NCBI GenBank assembly: GCA_018062425.1
Contig: JAGOSH010000002.1
Span: 9,541 to 73,540 of the forward strand
DNA length: 64,000 bases
Direction: 5' to 3'
Source of the DNA: Minisyncoccota bacterium
GTDB taxonomy: Bacteria > Patescibacteriota > Minisyncoccia > Phycocordibacterales > UBA9973
The number at the start of each line of letters is the position of its first letter. Within the stretch, counting starts at the first letter, position 1. This document shows, piece after piece, positions 56,354 to 64,000 of the stretch. The position numbers and the translations under genes were made by a program. The notes under the pieces were generated by a model that saw nothing but the letters and a program-made list of their open reading frames with translations, did not search any database and was not told the DNA's origin.

Positions 56354-56812
56354 CTAAATATTAGTAGACAGATGGTACACCACCAAAGCCAGATTCCCCC
56401 ACCAGCAAATAAATGAAATTATAAATGAAATAGTTATTTTTATCTGCCAGGACTTGGGTAAAAGCTCACCAGCTTTCCCTTCTTTTTCCTTTTTTAACAA
56501 AAATGGACTGACAGAAAAGGACAAGAAAATACCATTCAAAATCATTATTACAGCAGTAATTATATGAAACAGGATAGTGTTTGTAATCTCGGTGTTTCTG
56601 TACAAAATAATTCCTCCAGTAATTGCCAGAAACATACCGATCCAAATCAAAGGTTTAGTCACCTTGTGGGTGCGAGTGGTGGCTTCGGTCCAATACGCAG
56701 ACTTCCTACCCAGGAATCCATGTAGATCAATGACCGTTACTGCGCCCAAACCAATTATAAATCCCGCCAGTAAAGTAAAAATCCCAATGAAATCTAAAGA
56801 TAAGTATTGCAT
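56354..56812 (-). CDS. hypothetical 4-TM membrane protein
   Basis: 152 aa, hydrophobic. Confidence 0.5.
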   Translation of the reverse strand: MQYLSLDFIGIFTLLAGFIIGLGAVTVIDLHGFLGRKSAYWTEATTRTHKVTKPLIWIGMFLAITGGIILYRNTEITNTILFHIITAVIMILNGIFLSFSVSPFLLKKEKEGKAGELLPKSWQIKITISFIISFICWWGNLALVVYHLSTNI

Positions 56813-56836
56813 ATAATGTTTACAGTTTAATAATAA

Positions 56837-57427
56837 TTAAATTCTCATCCCCCAGGCATTTGCACTAGGATTCCTTTCCTTACGAGATAGCACAAACTGC
56901 CAAACAGAAAAAGCGAGGAGTACCCCCAATGTGCACATTTTGTAATACACCCAACCTGCTGGAGTTAAATACACCAAAGCGAATTGATTAGATATGGCTA
57001 ACATGAAGGCAAATATCGCCCAGCGCAAGGACACCACCCGCCACCCACGATCCGTAATATCAAATATTGAGATAAACCATTTTTTAAGTATAAAATTACC
57101 ACGCACATAATACCCTCCGATAATTAGGCCAAATATTCCCCAGAATAAAGTGTCTTTGAAAATTATATAATCTGGGTTCTCCAGTAGGACTGTAGCCAGA
57201 CCAAATGTCAGTATAGACCCCGAGGCAAACAAAGAAAACACGGCCACCCTCTTTTCAATAAAAACCGAAAGCAGAAAAGCTACGATGACAACACACACGA
57301 GCACGATCGTCGCTCGAATAAAATCAAAAAAATTAAAAGCCACGAAAAAAGCCAGTATCGGCCCGAATTCAATAAACAGATTGAGAAGAAGCCTCCGAGA
57401 CAGAAATTGCGGTGTTTTATTTTCCAT
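56837..57427 (-). CDS. YciB/IspZ-like inner membrane protein
   Basis: The pattern FGPILAFFVAF..., the five TM helices and the length resemble the intracellular septation protein A family. The start at 57427 overlaps the upstream gene by 11 nt. Confidence 0.45.
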   Translation of the reverse strand: MENKTPQFLSRRLLLNLFIEFGPILAFFVAFNFFDFIRATIVLVCVVIVAFLLSVFIEKRVAVFSLFASGSILTFGLATVLLENPDYIIFKDTLFWGIFGLIIGGYYVRGNFILKKWFISIFDITDRGWRVVSLRWAIFAFMLAISNQFALVYLTPAGWVYYKMCTLGVLLAFSVWQFVLSRKERNPSANAWGMRI

Positions 57428-58214
57428 TTTTATTTTTTGGAAACCAAGGCACAAACATGTTTACCCGAGCTTTGTATTCTGGAAAGTCTGGGTGGCTCGA
57501 CATTTTAGCTTCGAGCATAGGCACACCAGAAACTTTGAGCAATAAAAATGTAATCAACATCGGTCCAACAATGCTGACCGGTCCATAGGGAGTAGAGAAT
57601 GCAATCAGCCAAATGCCCCACCACATGGTAGCCTCGCCGAAATAATTCGGGTGCCTAGTATATGCCCACAACCCAGACTGCATGAGCTTGCCTTTGTTCT
57701 CTGGATTTTTTAGAAATTTAGCCAACTGCGCATCCCCCACCGATTCAAACAAAAATCCAATGATCCAGATTGCAATTCCAATATAATCAAACACACCCAT
57801 AGGCACGATATAATCCAGATTCATGTAACGGTAAATGCCGATGGCAATTATTGGTGCTGATACCACAAGCAACAGAAACCCTTGTAGTAAAAACACTTGG
57901 AGGTAACTCCGTATTAGAAACCATTTACCCCACTCCATCCGCCAAGCCTGATATCTATAATCTTCGGTCTTGTTTCTATTGCGGAGATAGATGTGTAAAG
58001 ACAAACGCAGAGACCACACCCCCACCAATACAGTGACGATTAATCCGCGATCAGTATCGAAACCTGAAGACAAAAAGGACACCAGCGCAACTATGAGAAA
58101 ACCCAACCCCCAGGCCACATCGGCTAAATCATTCCTTTTTTTAATTTGAGCAAGGATAAACCACAGTGTCGCGTGGCAGAAAATTATTGTCGCTAGCAGT
58201 GATAGAAGTCCCAT
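57417..58214 (-). CDS. DUF1295 / steroid 5-alpha-reductase-like membrane protein
   Basis: SGLWAYTRHPNYFGE signature. The start is 2 nt after the upstream stop codon. Confidence 0.7.
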   Translation of the reverse strand: MGLLSLLATIIFCHATLWFILAQIKKRNDLADVAWGLGFLIVALVSFLSSGFDTDRGLIVTVLVGVWSLRLSLHIYLRNRNKTEDYRYQAWRMEWGKWFLIRSYLQVFLLQGFLLLVVSAPIIAIGIYRYMNLDYIVPMGVFDYIGIAIWIIGFLFESVGDAQLAKFLKNPENKGKLMQSGLWAYTRHPNYFGEATMWWGIWLIAFSTPYGPVSIVGPMLITFLLLKVSGVPMLEAKMSSHPDFPEYKARVNMFVPWFPKNKNGK

Positions 58215-58216
58215 AA

Positions 58217-58627
58217 TTATGCGAAATATTTTGTTAGATAAAAAGCTATCACCGCCGTGACCCCGGTCAGTGCTGCGCCCCAAGCCATATCAACTACAGT
58301 GACAACAGTCGGCCAAGATTTGAGGGTGGCCTGATTTGTGAGGTCATACGTTGCATAGGCAGTAAATCCAAACAACGCCCCGAGCAGAAACACCCGCAGG
58401 GTACTTGATCCATTGTGGATGGCTGGCACCACCACCAGCACCGACAAAGCAAAAGTATATATCAGATAGAAAATCCCAGCTGGTAATAAATTTGGGCTCT
58501 CTGCCATCAGGTGGCCGATATGTTTAGAATAGAAAGTCTTGGCCATGGTTGATAGCCAGACTGCATCAATGGCTAGCATAGACACTAGAGCAGAAACTAA
58601 AGAAATTAAAATATTTTTCATATCCAT
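58217..58627 (-). CDS. DUF2177-like membrane protein
   Basis: 136 aa with 4 TM helices. AIDAVWL and YATYDLTN blocks. Confidence 0.6.
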   Translation of the reverse strand: MDMKNILISLVSALVSMLAIDAVWLSTMAKTFYSKHIGHLMAESPNLLPAGIFYLIYTFALSVLVVVPAIHNGSSTLRVFLLGALFGFTAYATYDLTNQATLKSWPTVVTVVDMAWGAALTGVTAVIAFYLTKYFA

Positions 58628-58672
58628 ATTATATCATTTCACACTCCCCTTCGCTCCTTGATTAATAACAAT

Positions 58673-60334
58673 TTAATTAATCTTCGAATAGAAAACCATT
58701 TGCGTTTCCCAGGGTTTAAGTTTGACAAAGGTTCCTCCAATCCTTTCCATATCCGGGTTTGGGATCACCCCTTCGGACAGACTTTGTACTTCTAATTCAT
58801 AATCTTTATTTATTTGCGGTAAGTGTCCTGTATTTTCATACTTACTAAAATTAACCAGCACTATGGCTCCGAGCTTGTATTCATCTGGGTCATCGTGTTC
58901 TATGTCGTGCGTCGGTGCTTCTACCCTTATTGCGTGGATGTCTGGGGGTAATGCATCTATCTCAAAAGTACTCCACTTTCCATTTTCAAATAAATTTGTA
59001 TGTTTTAATAAAAGTAACTTTTCATATTGATTTTTTAAATTTTCATTTGGAGTTTCATTAGGCCAGCGTCCTATTTGCATTGGTGGACGGATTTCTTTAC
59101 CTTCTGGTTGACCTTGATTTACTAGAAATATTGAGTCTGGTATGAGCCCCGCGAGAACAGCTGCAGCTCCTGAAGCTTCTTCTCCGAAAGTAGCCTTGGC
59201 CCTTTCCTCGTCATGATTTTCTACAAAAAGAACATCCCGATAATGCCTTTCATTATTGGCTCGTTCAATTAAATATTGAAGATGTTTGGTCAGGCTCTCA
59301 GGGTCAGCTTCTCCGTCTTTTACCTTTTTCAAATGATCATAGAAATCCTTTCTATAAATAAAATCGAAGTTTTTACCTAATTCTTCTTTGTCCCAATACG
59401 CCTCTGCTATGAAATGAAAAGGCCGGTCTCCTTTCTCTTTTACACTTTCTTTGATTATTGGAATAGTCTTTTCCCAAAATTCATTTTGAGAAATGTAATC
59501 TTTTTCTTGATCGCTCAAAAGTCGATCCCAAGTACGGATAAAAGTACTAGCGTCTAGTAGCATTGCCATGTCACACCTGACACCATCAGAGTGTTTCGCT
59601 AGCTCCATTAAAACTCCTTGCATCTTTTCTTGCACATCTCTACGAGCATAATTCAACTGTAGAGTATCTGCCCATTCCGGATAATTGGGATCCTTGCCAT
59701 GTGCTAAATAATAATCCTTCCCGTCATTTGCTCGTACGGGATGGAAAAGGCTTTTATTATTTTCATAATCATCTTTACTTCCTTGAACATAATATTCAGG
59801 GTGCCTCATTACCCACGGATTGTCGAGCGCTGTATGGTTGGGTACAAAGTCTAAAATAACTTCTTTACCTTTTCCATTTAGCATGCTTTTCATCTTGTCC
59901 CACTCTTTCCAACTTTTAGCAATTTGCGGGTTAGGTGAATACCGAGGAATAGAAAACGGGGAGCTTACCACGTCTTTATCCTTATCGAGTCCCGGCAGAG
60001 CATATTCGTATTGATGGGCCCAGTTTTGAGCATGATTTTTACTAGCCCCGCTCGGAGCATGCACCCCCATAAACCAAAACATGTCGTACTTATCTAAAAG
60101 TTCTTCCCACTCATTTTCTGGAATAGTATCGATGGTTACAGCCCTATTGTATTTTTTACTCAACTCATCCATCCAAAGTCTGGTATTGATCAAATTCAAA
60201 TCAAGCTGATGCTTATGCACCTCTGCTCTTTCCAGCAAATTTCCAAAACTCTTTTTTAAATTAGAATTTTCCAGATGAGGACTGGTGCCTTTATCTTTTT
60301 TTGCTTCAATTACTGGGGGTTTGTTTTCTATCAT
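58673..60334 (-). CDS. GH13 alpha-amylase family glycoside hydrolase
   Basis: GH13 regions I to IV: DFVPNH, GVRCDMAM, FIAEAYW and FVENHDE. Confidence 0.8.
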   Translation of the reverse strand: MIENKPPVIEAKKDKGTSPHLENSNLKKSFGNLLERAEVHKHQLDLNLINTRLWMDELSKKYNRAVTIDTIPENEWEELLDKYDMFWFMGVHAPSGASKNHAQNWAHQYEYALPGLDKDKDVVSSPFSIPRYSPNPQIAKSWKEWDKMKSMLNGKGKEVILDFVPNHTALDNPWVMRHPEYYVQGSKDDYENNKSLFHPVRANDGKDYYLAHGKDPNYPEWADTLQLNYARRDVQEKMQGVLMELAKHSDGVRCDMAMLLDASTFIRTWDRLLSDQEKDYISQNEFWEKTIPIIKESVKEKGDRPFHFIAEAYWDKEELGKNFDFIYRKDFYDHLKKVKDGEADPESLTKHLQYLIERANNERHYRDVLFVENHDEERAKATFGEEASGAAAVLAGLIPDSIFLVNQGQPEGKEIRPPMQIGRWPNETPNENLKNQYEKLLLLKHTNLFENGKWSTFEIDALPPDIHAIRVEAPTHDIEHDDPDEYKLGAIVLVNFSKYENTGHLPQINKDYELEVQSLSEGVIPNPDMERIGGTFVKLKPWETQMVFYSKIN

Positions 60335-60587
60335 GGGTTTAAATCGTCGGTTAGATTATACACCAAATAAACCCCAGAGTGTTTGGGTTATATTATACGT
60401 ATATATTACGCCGTTCGGTAGAGCTATTTCTTTTTCTTCTTTGGTTTCTTAACTTCCTTTTTTGGGTGTGAATTACCTTTTGCCATAAAATTTATTTTAT
60501 TAATATTAATCCAATTATTATATCACGAGGTTGCGTGGGTTATATGTGGATTGTACCCTTGCTGAATATTTCAAAGTCTTTTGACTC

Positions 60588-60622
60588 AAACATTCTTATA
60601 TTCTGCAGAATACCAGAATATT
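60588..60622. repeat. copy A of the 34-bp quasi-palindromic element
   Basis: aaacattcttatattctgcagaataccagaatatt. Its reverse complement shares the 20-nt core ATTCTGGTATTCTGCAGAAT with copies B and C. Confidence 0.8.
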
Positions 60623-60890
60623 ATTTGAAAGATTGGATGAAAGCGACGACCTTGTCTCCGTACGGCGACAGAGAGTGTGTGACATTGCGACCTTGGTATT
60701 TTTTATTCAACAATCCAGCTTGGACTAGTTTGCGAGTATGTTCAGAAATCGTTTTGAAGTTCCCATCGAGTTCACTGACTATGCCGTCTAGGGTAATCTC
60801 TGGATTCTTTTTCACTAGAAGCAAGACACTGATTCGCCAATGGTTAGCTATGCCTTTGAAATGTCGCTCCATTTGCCTGGCTGTTTTCAT
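60621..60890 (-). CDS. ArsR/SmtB-type winged-helix transcriptional regulator
   Basis: 89 aa. FKGIANHWRISVLLLV and ISEHTRKLVQAGLL form the wHTH. No metal-binding Cys pair is seen. Confidence 0.75.
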   Translation of the reverse strand: MKTARQMERHFKGIANHWRISVLLLVKKNPEITLDGIVSELDGNFKTISEHTRKLVQAGLLNKKYQGRNVTHSLSPYGDKVVAFIQSFK

Positions 60891-60940
60891 AAATAAATTA
60901 TACTACTCCCTAATTAAAAATCCATAAACATCCCCACCTG

Positions 60941-60974
60941 AAACATTCTGGTATTCTGCAGAATGTTGGAATAT
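60941..60974. repeat. copy B of the 34-bp quasi-palindromic element
   Basis: aaacattctggtattctgcagaatgttggaatat, identical to copy C. Confidence 0.85.
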
Positions 60975-61001
60975 AAATTTGTAGGGGAAGGTGGGGTTAG
61001 G

Positions 61002-61364
61002 TTACTTACCTTCGATGAATTTTAGGGAGATTGAATTTACACAATGACGGATATCCTTTTCAGTTAGATGCTCGCCTTCGAATACGTGGCCTAGATGGCC
61101 ACCGCAATTTGCACAGGTTATCTCTGTACGCGTTCCATCGGCATCTACTGTCCGCCTTACCGCCCCTTTTATCTCATCATCAAAGCTCGGCCAGCCACAA
61201 GTGGACTCAAATTTATCTTTAGAATTATACAGCGGGGCATTGCATTGCCGGCACACATACACCCCATGGGCGGTATTGTTTACATACTCACCCACAAAAG
61301 GCGCCTCTGTCCCCTTGTCTATTATCACCCTTTTCTCTTCTTCAGTTAAATTATTTAATTGCAT
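61002..61364 (-). CDS. msrB: peptide-methionine (R)-S-oxide reductase
   Basis: CxxC (x2) zinc site, CGWPSF and RHCVNS. Confidence 0.95.
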   Translation of the reverse strand: MQLNNLTEEEKRVIIDKGTEAPFVGEYVNNTAHGVYVCRQCNAPLYNSKDKFESTCGWPSFDDEIKGAVRRTVDADGTRTEITCANCGGHLGHVFEGEHLTEKDIRHCVNSISLKFIEGK

Positions 61365-61384
61365 AGATTATTTTTTGTTGTTTA

Positions 61385-61418
61385 AAACATTCTGGTATTC
61401 TGCAGAATGTTGGAATAT
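61385..61418. repeat. copy C of the 34-bp quasi-palindromic element
   Basis: aaacattctggtattctgcagaatgttggaatat, 20 nt upstream of the msrB ATG. Confidence 0.85.
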
Positions 61419-61430
61419 TAATATAAGGGG

Positions 61431-61703
61431 TTATTCAAACTGTAATGCGTATATGCCTTTGTCTAATATTTCTGGTTGATTGGCTGCCCAATCTTTCAAA
61501 TCAATTTTTTGCATATAAGCAACTTTCTTTTCTATATACCTGCCTGTAAATTTACGCTCTGCGCCGTCACCCACCCATTCTTCAAGCCGAAGAATGTCGC
61601 CTTCAGCGATATCAAAATCAGCGAGCCTTAATTCAAACTTTTTCCTCCCCGTCAAAATCCCCTCAAACCAAATGGTATCTATTTTTTTAATGGTGGTTTT
61701 CAT
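61431..61703 (-). CDS. ASCH-fold DUF3850-like protein
   Basis: The pattern IWFEGILTGRKKFELRLADFDIAEGDILRLEEW matches DUF3850/ASCH. Overlaps the upstream gene by 17 nt. Confidence 0.6.
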   Translation of the reverse strand: MKTTIKKIDTIWFEGILTGRKKFELRLADFDIAEGDILRLEEWVGDGAERKFTGRYIEKKVAYMQKIDLKDWAANQPEILDKGIYALQFE

Positions 61704-61980
61704 CAGATTTAAATTTAGATTGTAAATATTTAATAAAAAGTTTTATAAAAGTTAAAGATTTTAAGTCCCTAGGTATATTTAGTGCAAAAGAAAAGAAATC
61801 AACAAAAACTAAAGACATGAAACCTGAAGAAATCAAGATTATTAATAATTTCATGTTCGCACCCTGGGTAAGCACATCATAAATAGCATCAGCAAAAATG
61901 CTTAAAAATACACCAAAAACTCCAGCAATGACAACAAATGCCATATTTATATCTAAATTAATTTTTTCTTTGTCATCCAT
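61687..61980 (-). CDS. small 3-TM membrane protein
   Basis: The start MDDKEK is 4 nt after the upstream stop codon. Three hydrophobic helices. Confidence 0.45.
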   Translation of the reverse strand: MDDKEKINLDINMAFVVIAGVFGVFLSIFADAIYDVLTQGANMKLLIILISSGFMSLVFVDFFSFALNIPRDLKSLTFIKLFIKYLQSKFKSDENHH

Positions 61981-61984
61981 AAGT

Positions 61985-62377
61985 TTAAAACAAATGCTTA
62001 TACTCAGGATAATTAGTTTTAATAATCTTTTGCCATTCTGCTGTCTCATTATGTCCGCTTAAATCAGTTTTTCCATAGACTAAGAGAACTCTAACTTCTC
62101 TTTTAGTATAATCAGCAGAAACTATACATCTATTTCCAGATGTTTTTGCAGATTCGTTTGTGCCAAAAACTCTGAATTTAGTTTTAATAATCTTGATATT
62201 ACCTATATCAGTAATTGTTTCTGCCTTATCTGTTAAAAGTAAAGAATCTATGCGTTCTAGCATTTCTATAATAGCCCTACGTGTAAGCTCCCAATTATTT
62301 TTATACTTTTTTGCAAAAGATTTAATAAAGTATCTTTCGGTAAAATCTTCGAACTGTACAGAAAAATTTGGTTCCAT
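61985..62377 (-). CDS. putative RelE-fold toxin (HigB-2-like)
   Basis: IIKTKFRVFGTNESAKTSGNRCIV..REVRVLLVYGKTDLSGHNETAEWQKI parallels the KGKRGGSRIIY..LLTIYGKNE..L core of HigB-2-type toxins. Confidence 0.5.
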   Translation of the reverse strand: MEPNFSVQFEDFTERYFIKSFAKKYKNNWELTRRAIIEMLERIDSLLLTDKAETITDIGNIKIIKTKFRVFGTNESAKTSGNRCIVSADYTKREVRVLLVYGKTDLSGHNETAEWQKIIKTNYPEYKHLF

Positions 62378-62390
62378 GACACTTCTCTAG

Positions 62391-63092
62391 CTAGAAAACC
62401 ATTTCAGGGTCTTCTTGGGTTATTAGTTCGTAAGGAATAATCTCGTCTGGTTTGCATAAAACATATGGGAGTTGGTTGTGAGTAAAGTTCACAATTTCTT
62501 TGGTATTTTTACCTTTCCATTTTTTACAAATTTCTTTCATTAACTTAATCTCTTCTATAGACAAGGAGTTAATTTTTTCATTTCTATTACTATCTGACTC
62601 CTCGATTAAAAACATTTCCTTACCATTAACGCTCTTTCTGTCTATGTTTATTTTCCCATTTGCTTCAAGTTCATCTATTGCTCGAAAAAAAGCATCTGGT
62701 ACGGGACCAAAATCAATTTTTCTATATTGCATACCACTCATGCTTTGAGCGTGATCATAAAACCATGCAAAATCAGCTAAATATAACAACTTTGCCAATT
62801 TTGTCTTCGGAACTTTATTGTCATTTTTATCTGTAAGTTGCATGCGAAGGAACGTTAAAATCATCTGTTTATATTTTGCAATGTTTGAGACATTGCCAGT
62901 GATTAACTCGTCAATTGTTATGCTCATAAAAGAGGCAAGCTTCTGTGCTTCTGCCGCACTCAGCTCTTGTTTACCTGACTCAATTGCAGTGTAAGTAGGT
63001 CGAGAGACCCCTATAGCCTTTGCTATTTGTTCTTGAGAGAGATTATTTTTAATGCGAAAATCTTTAACTTTTTGCATATACTTATTGCTCAT
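62391..63092 (-). CDS. XRE-family HTH fused to DUF4065 (SocA/Panacea) antitoxin-type domain
   Basis: HTH is LSQEQIAKAIGVSRPTYTAIESGK. The DUF4065 block is TKLAKLLYLADFAWFYDHAQSMSGMQYRKIDFGPV. The start at 63092 is set by the promoter. Confidence 0.75.
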   Translation of the reverse strand: MSNKYMQKVKDFRIKNNLSQEQIAKAIGVSRPTYTAIESGKQELSAAEAQKLASFMSITIDELITGNVSNIAKYKQMILTFLRMQLTDKNDNKVPKTKLAKLLYLADFAWFYDHAQSMSGMQYRKIDFGPVPDAFFRAIDELEANGKINIDRKSVNGKEMFLIEESDSNRNEKINSLSIEEIKLMKEICKKWKGKNTKEIVNFTHNQLPYVLCKPDEIIPYELITQEDPEMVF

Positions 63093-63098
63093 GCAACA

Positions 63099-63127
63099 AG
63101 TATATGCAAAGAATGTAAAAAAGTCAA
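63099..63127 (-). promoter_or_regulatory. sigma70-type promoter giving a leaderless transcript
   Basis: On the minus strand: TTGACT (63122-27), 17 nt, TATACT (63099-104), 6 nt, ATG (63092). Confidence 0.5.
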
Positions 63128-63231
63128 GCCAAAAGTGTTGAAAACTTGACATGGAATAATTAAGTAATATGCTTAAAACAGGACCAGATTAGTCGCGCTG
63201 GTTATTATAAAAATTTAACAAAATTAAAAAC

Positions 63232-63438
63232 ATGGCAAAAGACGCACCTGGTATGAAAGGCGAAAGGTCTAGGAATCCACATGGCCCTCTACGTGAAAAA
63301 CGAGGAGATACATTTGTGGAAACTATAGAAAAACAATATGGTAGAGATTTTGGTGTTCGCGGAGATATGCACCTTGATACTCTTCTTGAGCAAAAAGGTT
63401 TTGATTCGTTGAACGACCTCCTCCACAACGAAAAATAG
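63232..63438 (+). CDS. hypothetical small basic protein
   Basis: 68 aa, divergent from the TA-like operon. TTGACA (63143-48), 16 nt, TATGCT lies upstream. Confidence 0.4.
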   Translation: MAKDAPGMKGERSRNPHGPLREKRGDTFVETIEKQYGRDFGVRGDMHLDTLLEQKGFDSLNDLLHNEK

Positions 63439-63543
63439 ATCAAATTTAGCAAAAGCACTGGCTTATGTAGATTCTGAGGAGAAGGATAAAAGATTGAGTT
63501 ATTGCTATTCACCAACGAAGACAGAAAGGTGCACCTTGCTTAT

Positions 63544-63571
63544 AAAAAATACCACATTTGTGGTATTTTTT
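63544..63571. terminator. bidirectional intrinsic terminator
   Basis: aaaaatacca pairs with tggtattttt, flanked by A and T runs between convergent genes. Confidence 0.65.
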
Positions 63572-63574
63572 ATT

Positions 63575-64000
63575 TTATATTCCTGATTTTCTTCTGTTAC
63601 ATTCTTTGCAGAGCATCTGACAATTTTCGGCTATGGTTTTTCCTCCTTCATGCCATGGGTCGATATGATCTGCTTCCATCTCTCCCATTCCCCATTTCTT
63701 TTTTTTATTCTCACCCTTACAATGTGGGCAAATACCCTTTTGTCGTTCGTACGCTTCTCGCTTCATGTTTGGTGTAAACGCACGAATAGACAGATATCGT
63801 TCTTTGCGAGTCAATACATATGGATAAATACCAGATTTCTTTGTCACATCTTCGTTTTCCATTAATTCCTTTATTTCTTTTTCTATTTTTTCAGAATCAA
63901 GTTTTTTACCCTTAAATTCATTATGAAGTTCACCCCAATTCACACCTGACATTTCCTTTCTGTAATTTGGAAAAGTTTTTCGTACCCAATGAATTACATT
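63575..64000 (-). CDS. HNH endonuclease domain protein, C-terminal part (5' end outside window)
   Basis: The frame stays open upstream of the first Met through to the window edge (NVIHWVRKTFPNYRKE...). HNH motif is CPHC...EADHIDPWHEGGKTIAENCQMLCKECNRRK. Confidence 0.75.
   Translation of the reverse strand, partial: NVIHWVRKTFPNYRKEMSGVNWGELHNEFKGKKLDSEKIEKEIKELMENEDVTKKSGIYPYVLTRKERYLSIRAFTPNMKREAYERQKGICPHCKGENKKKKWGMGEMEADHIDPWHEGGKTIAENCQMLCKECNRRKSGI

Noticed and set aside
60424-60486. 20-codon Lys-rich minus-strand ORF (MAKGNSHPKKEVKKPKKKKK) in the amylase/arsR spacer.
   Set aside because: There is only a weak -10-like match in very AT-rich DNA, no -35 box and no terminator. It is too short and too low in complexity to support.
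60535-60927. 130-aa plus-strand ORF overlapping the ArsR-family gene.
   Set aside because: The minus-strand ORF has a clear wHTH signature and a TATAAT leaderless promoter. The plus-strand ORF has neither.

Overview
This 64-kb window is gene-dense (about 75 protein genes and 2 tRNAs). I found no rRNA, CRISPR array, transposase or integrase. All domain calls come from reading motifs by eye; no HMM or BLAST search was run. Gene content suggests a small-genome, Patescibacteria/CPR-like bacterium, which is an inference: minimal housekeeping genes, a peptidoglycan and division set, many small secreted or membrane orphans, and almost no Shine-Dalgarno sequences.

Core blocks:
- aspS (3' end), scpA-scpB, a D,D-carboxypeptidase, PBP2, an S41 protease and rplI.
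- rpmA, an M23 peptidase, gltX, and murG-ftsW-mraY.
- nrdB-nrdA, an ECF sigma with a putative anti-sigma factor, and an ABC exporter.
- tRNA-Gln, dnaX, dus, an ftsQ-like gene, serS and dprA.
- topA, rel, parB, tRNA-Leu-miaA, a GH13 amylase and msrB.

Most notable observations:
1. An AT-rich four-gene operon at 61.4-63.1 kb. It encodes an XRE-HTH/DUF4065 (Panacea-type) antitoxin-like protein, a HigB-2/RelE-like toxin, a small TM protein and an ASCH/DUF3850 protein. It sits next to a truncated HNH nuclease gene, so this looks like a defence or toxin-antitoxin (TA) islet.
2. A 34-bp quasi-palindromic element present three times around an ArsR-family regulator and msrB.
3. A NOX-family ferric-reductase/FAD/NAD flavocytochrome paired with an exported cytochrome-b5/PepSY protein.
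4. A class I RNR whose ATP-cone is on the beta subunit rather than the alpha subunit.
5. A pervasive leaderless promoter layout, with the -10 box 6-9 nt from the start codon. This layout also points to three unannotated small ORFs.
6. A tRNA-Leu(CAA) gene that ends 2 nt before the miaA start codon.
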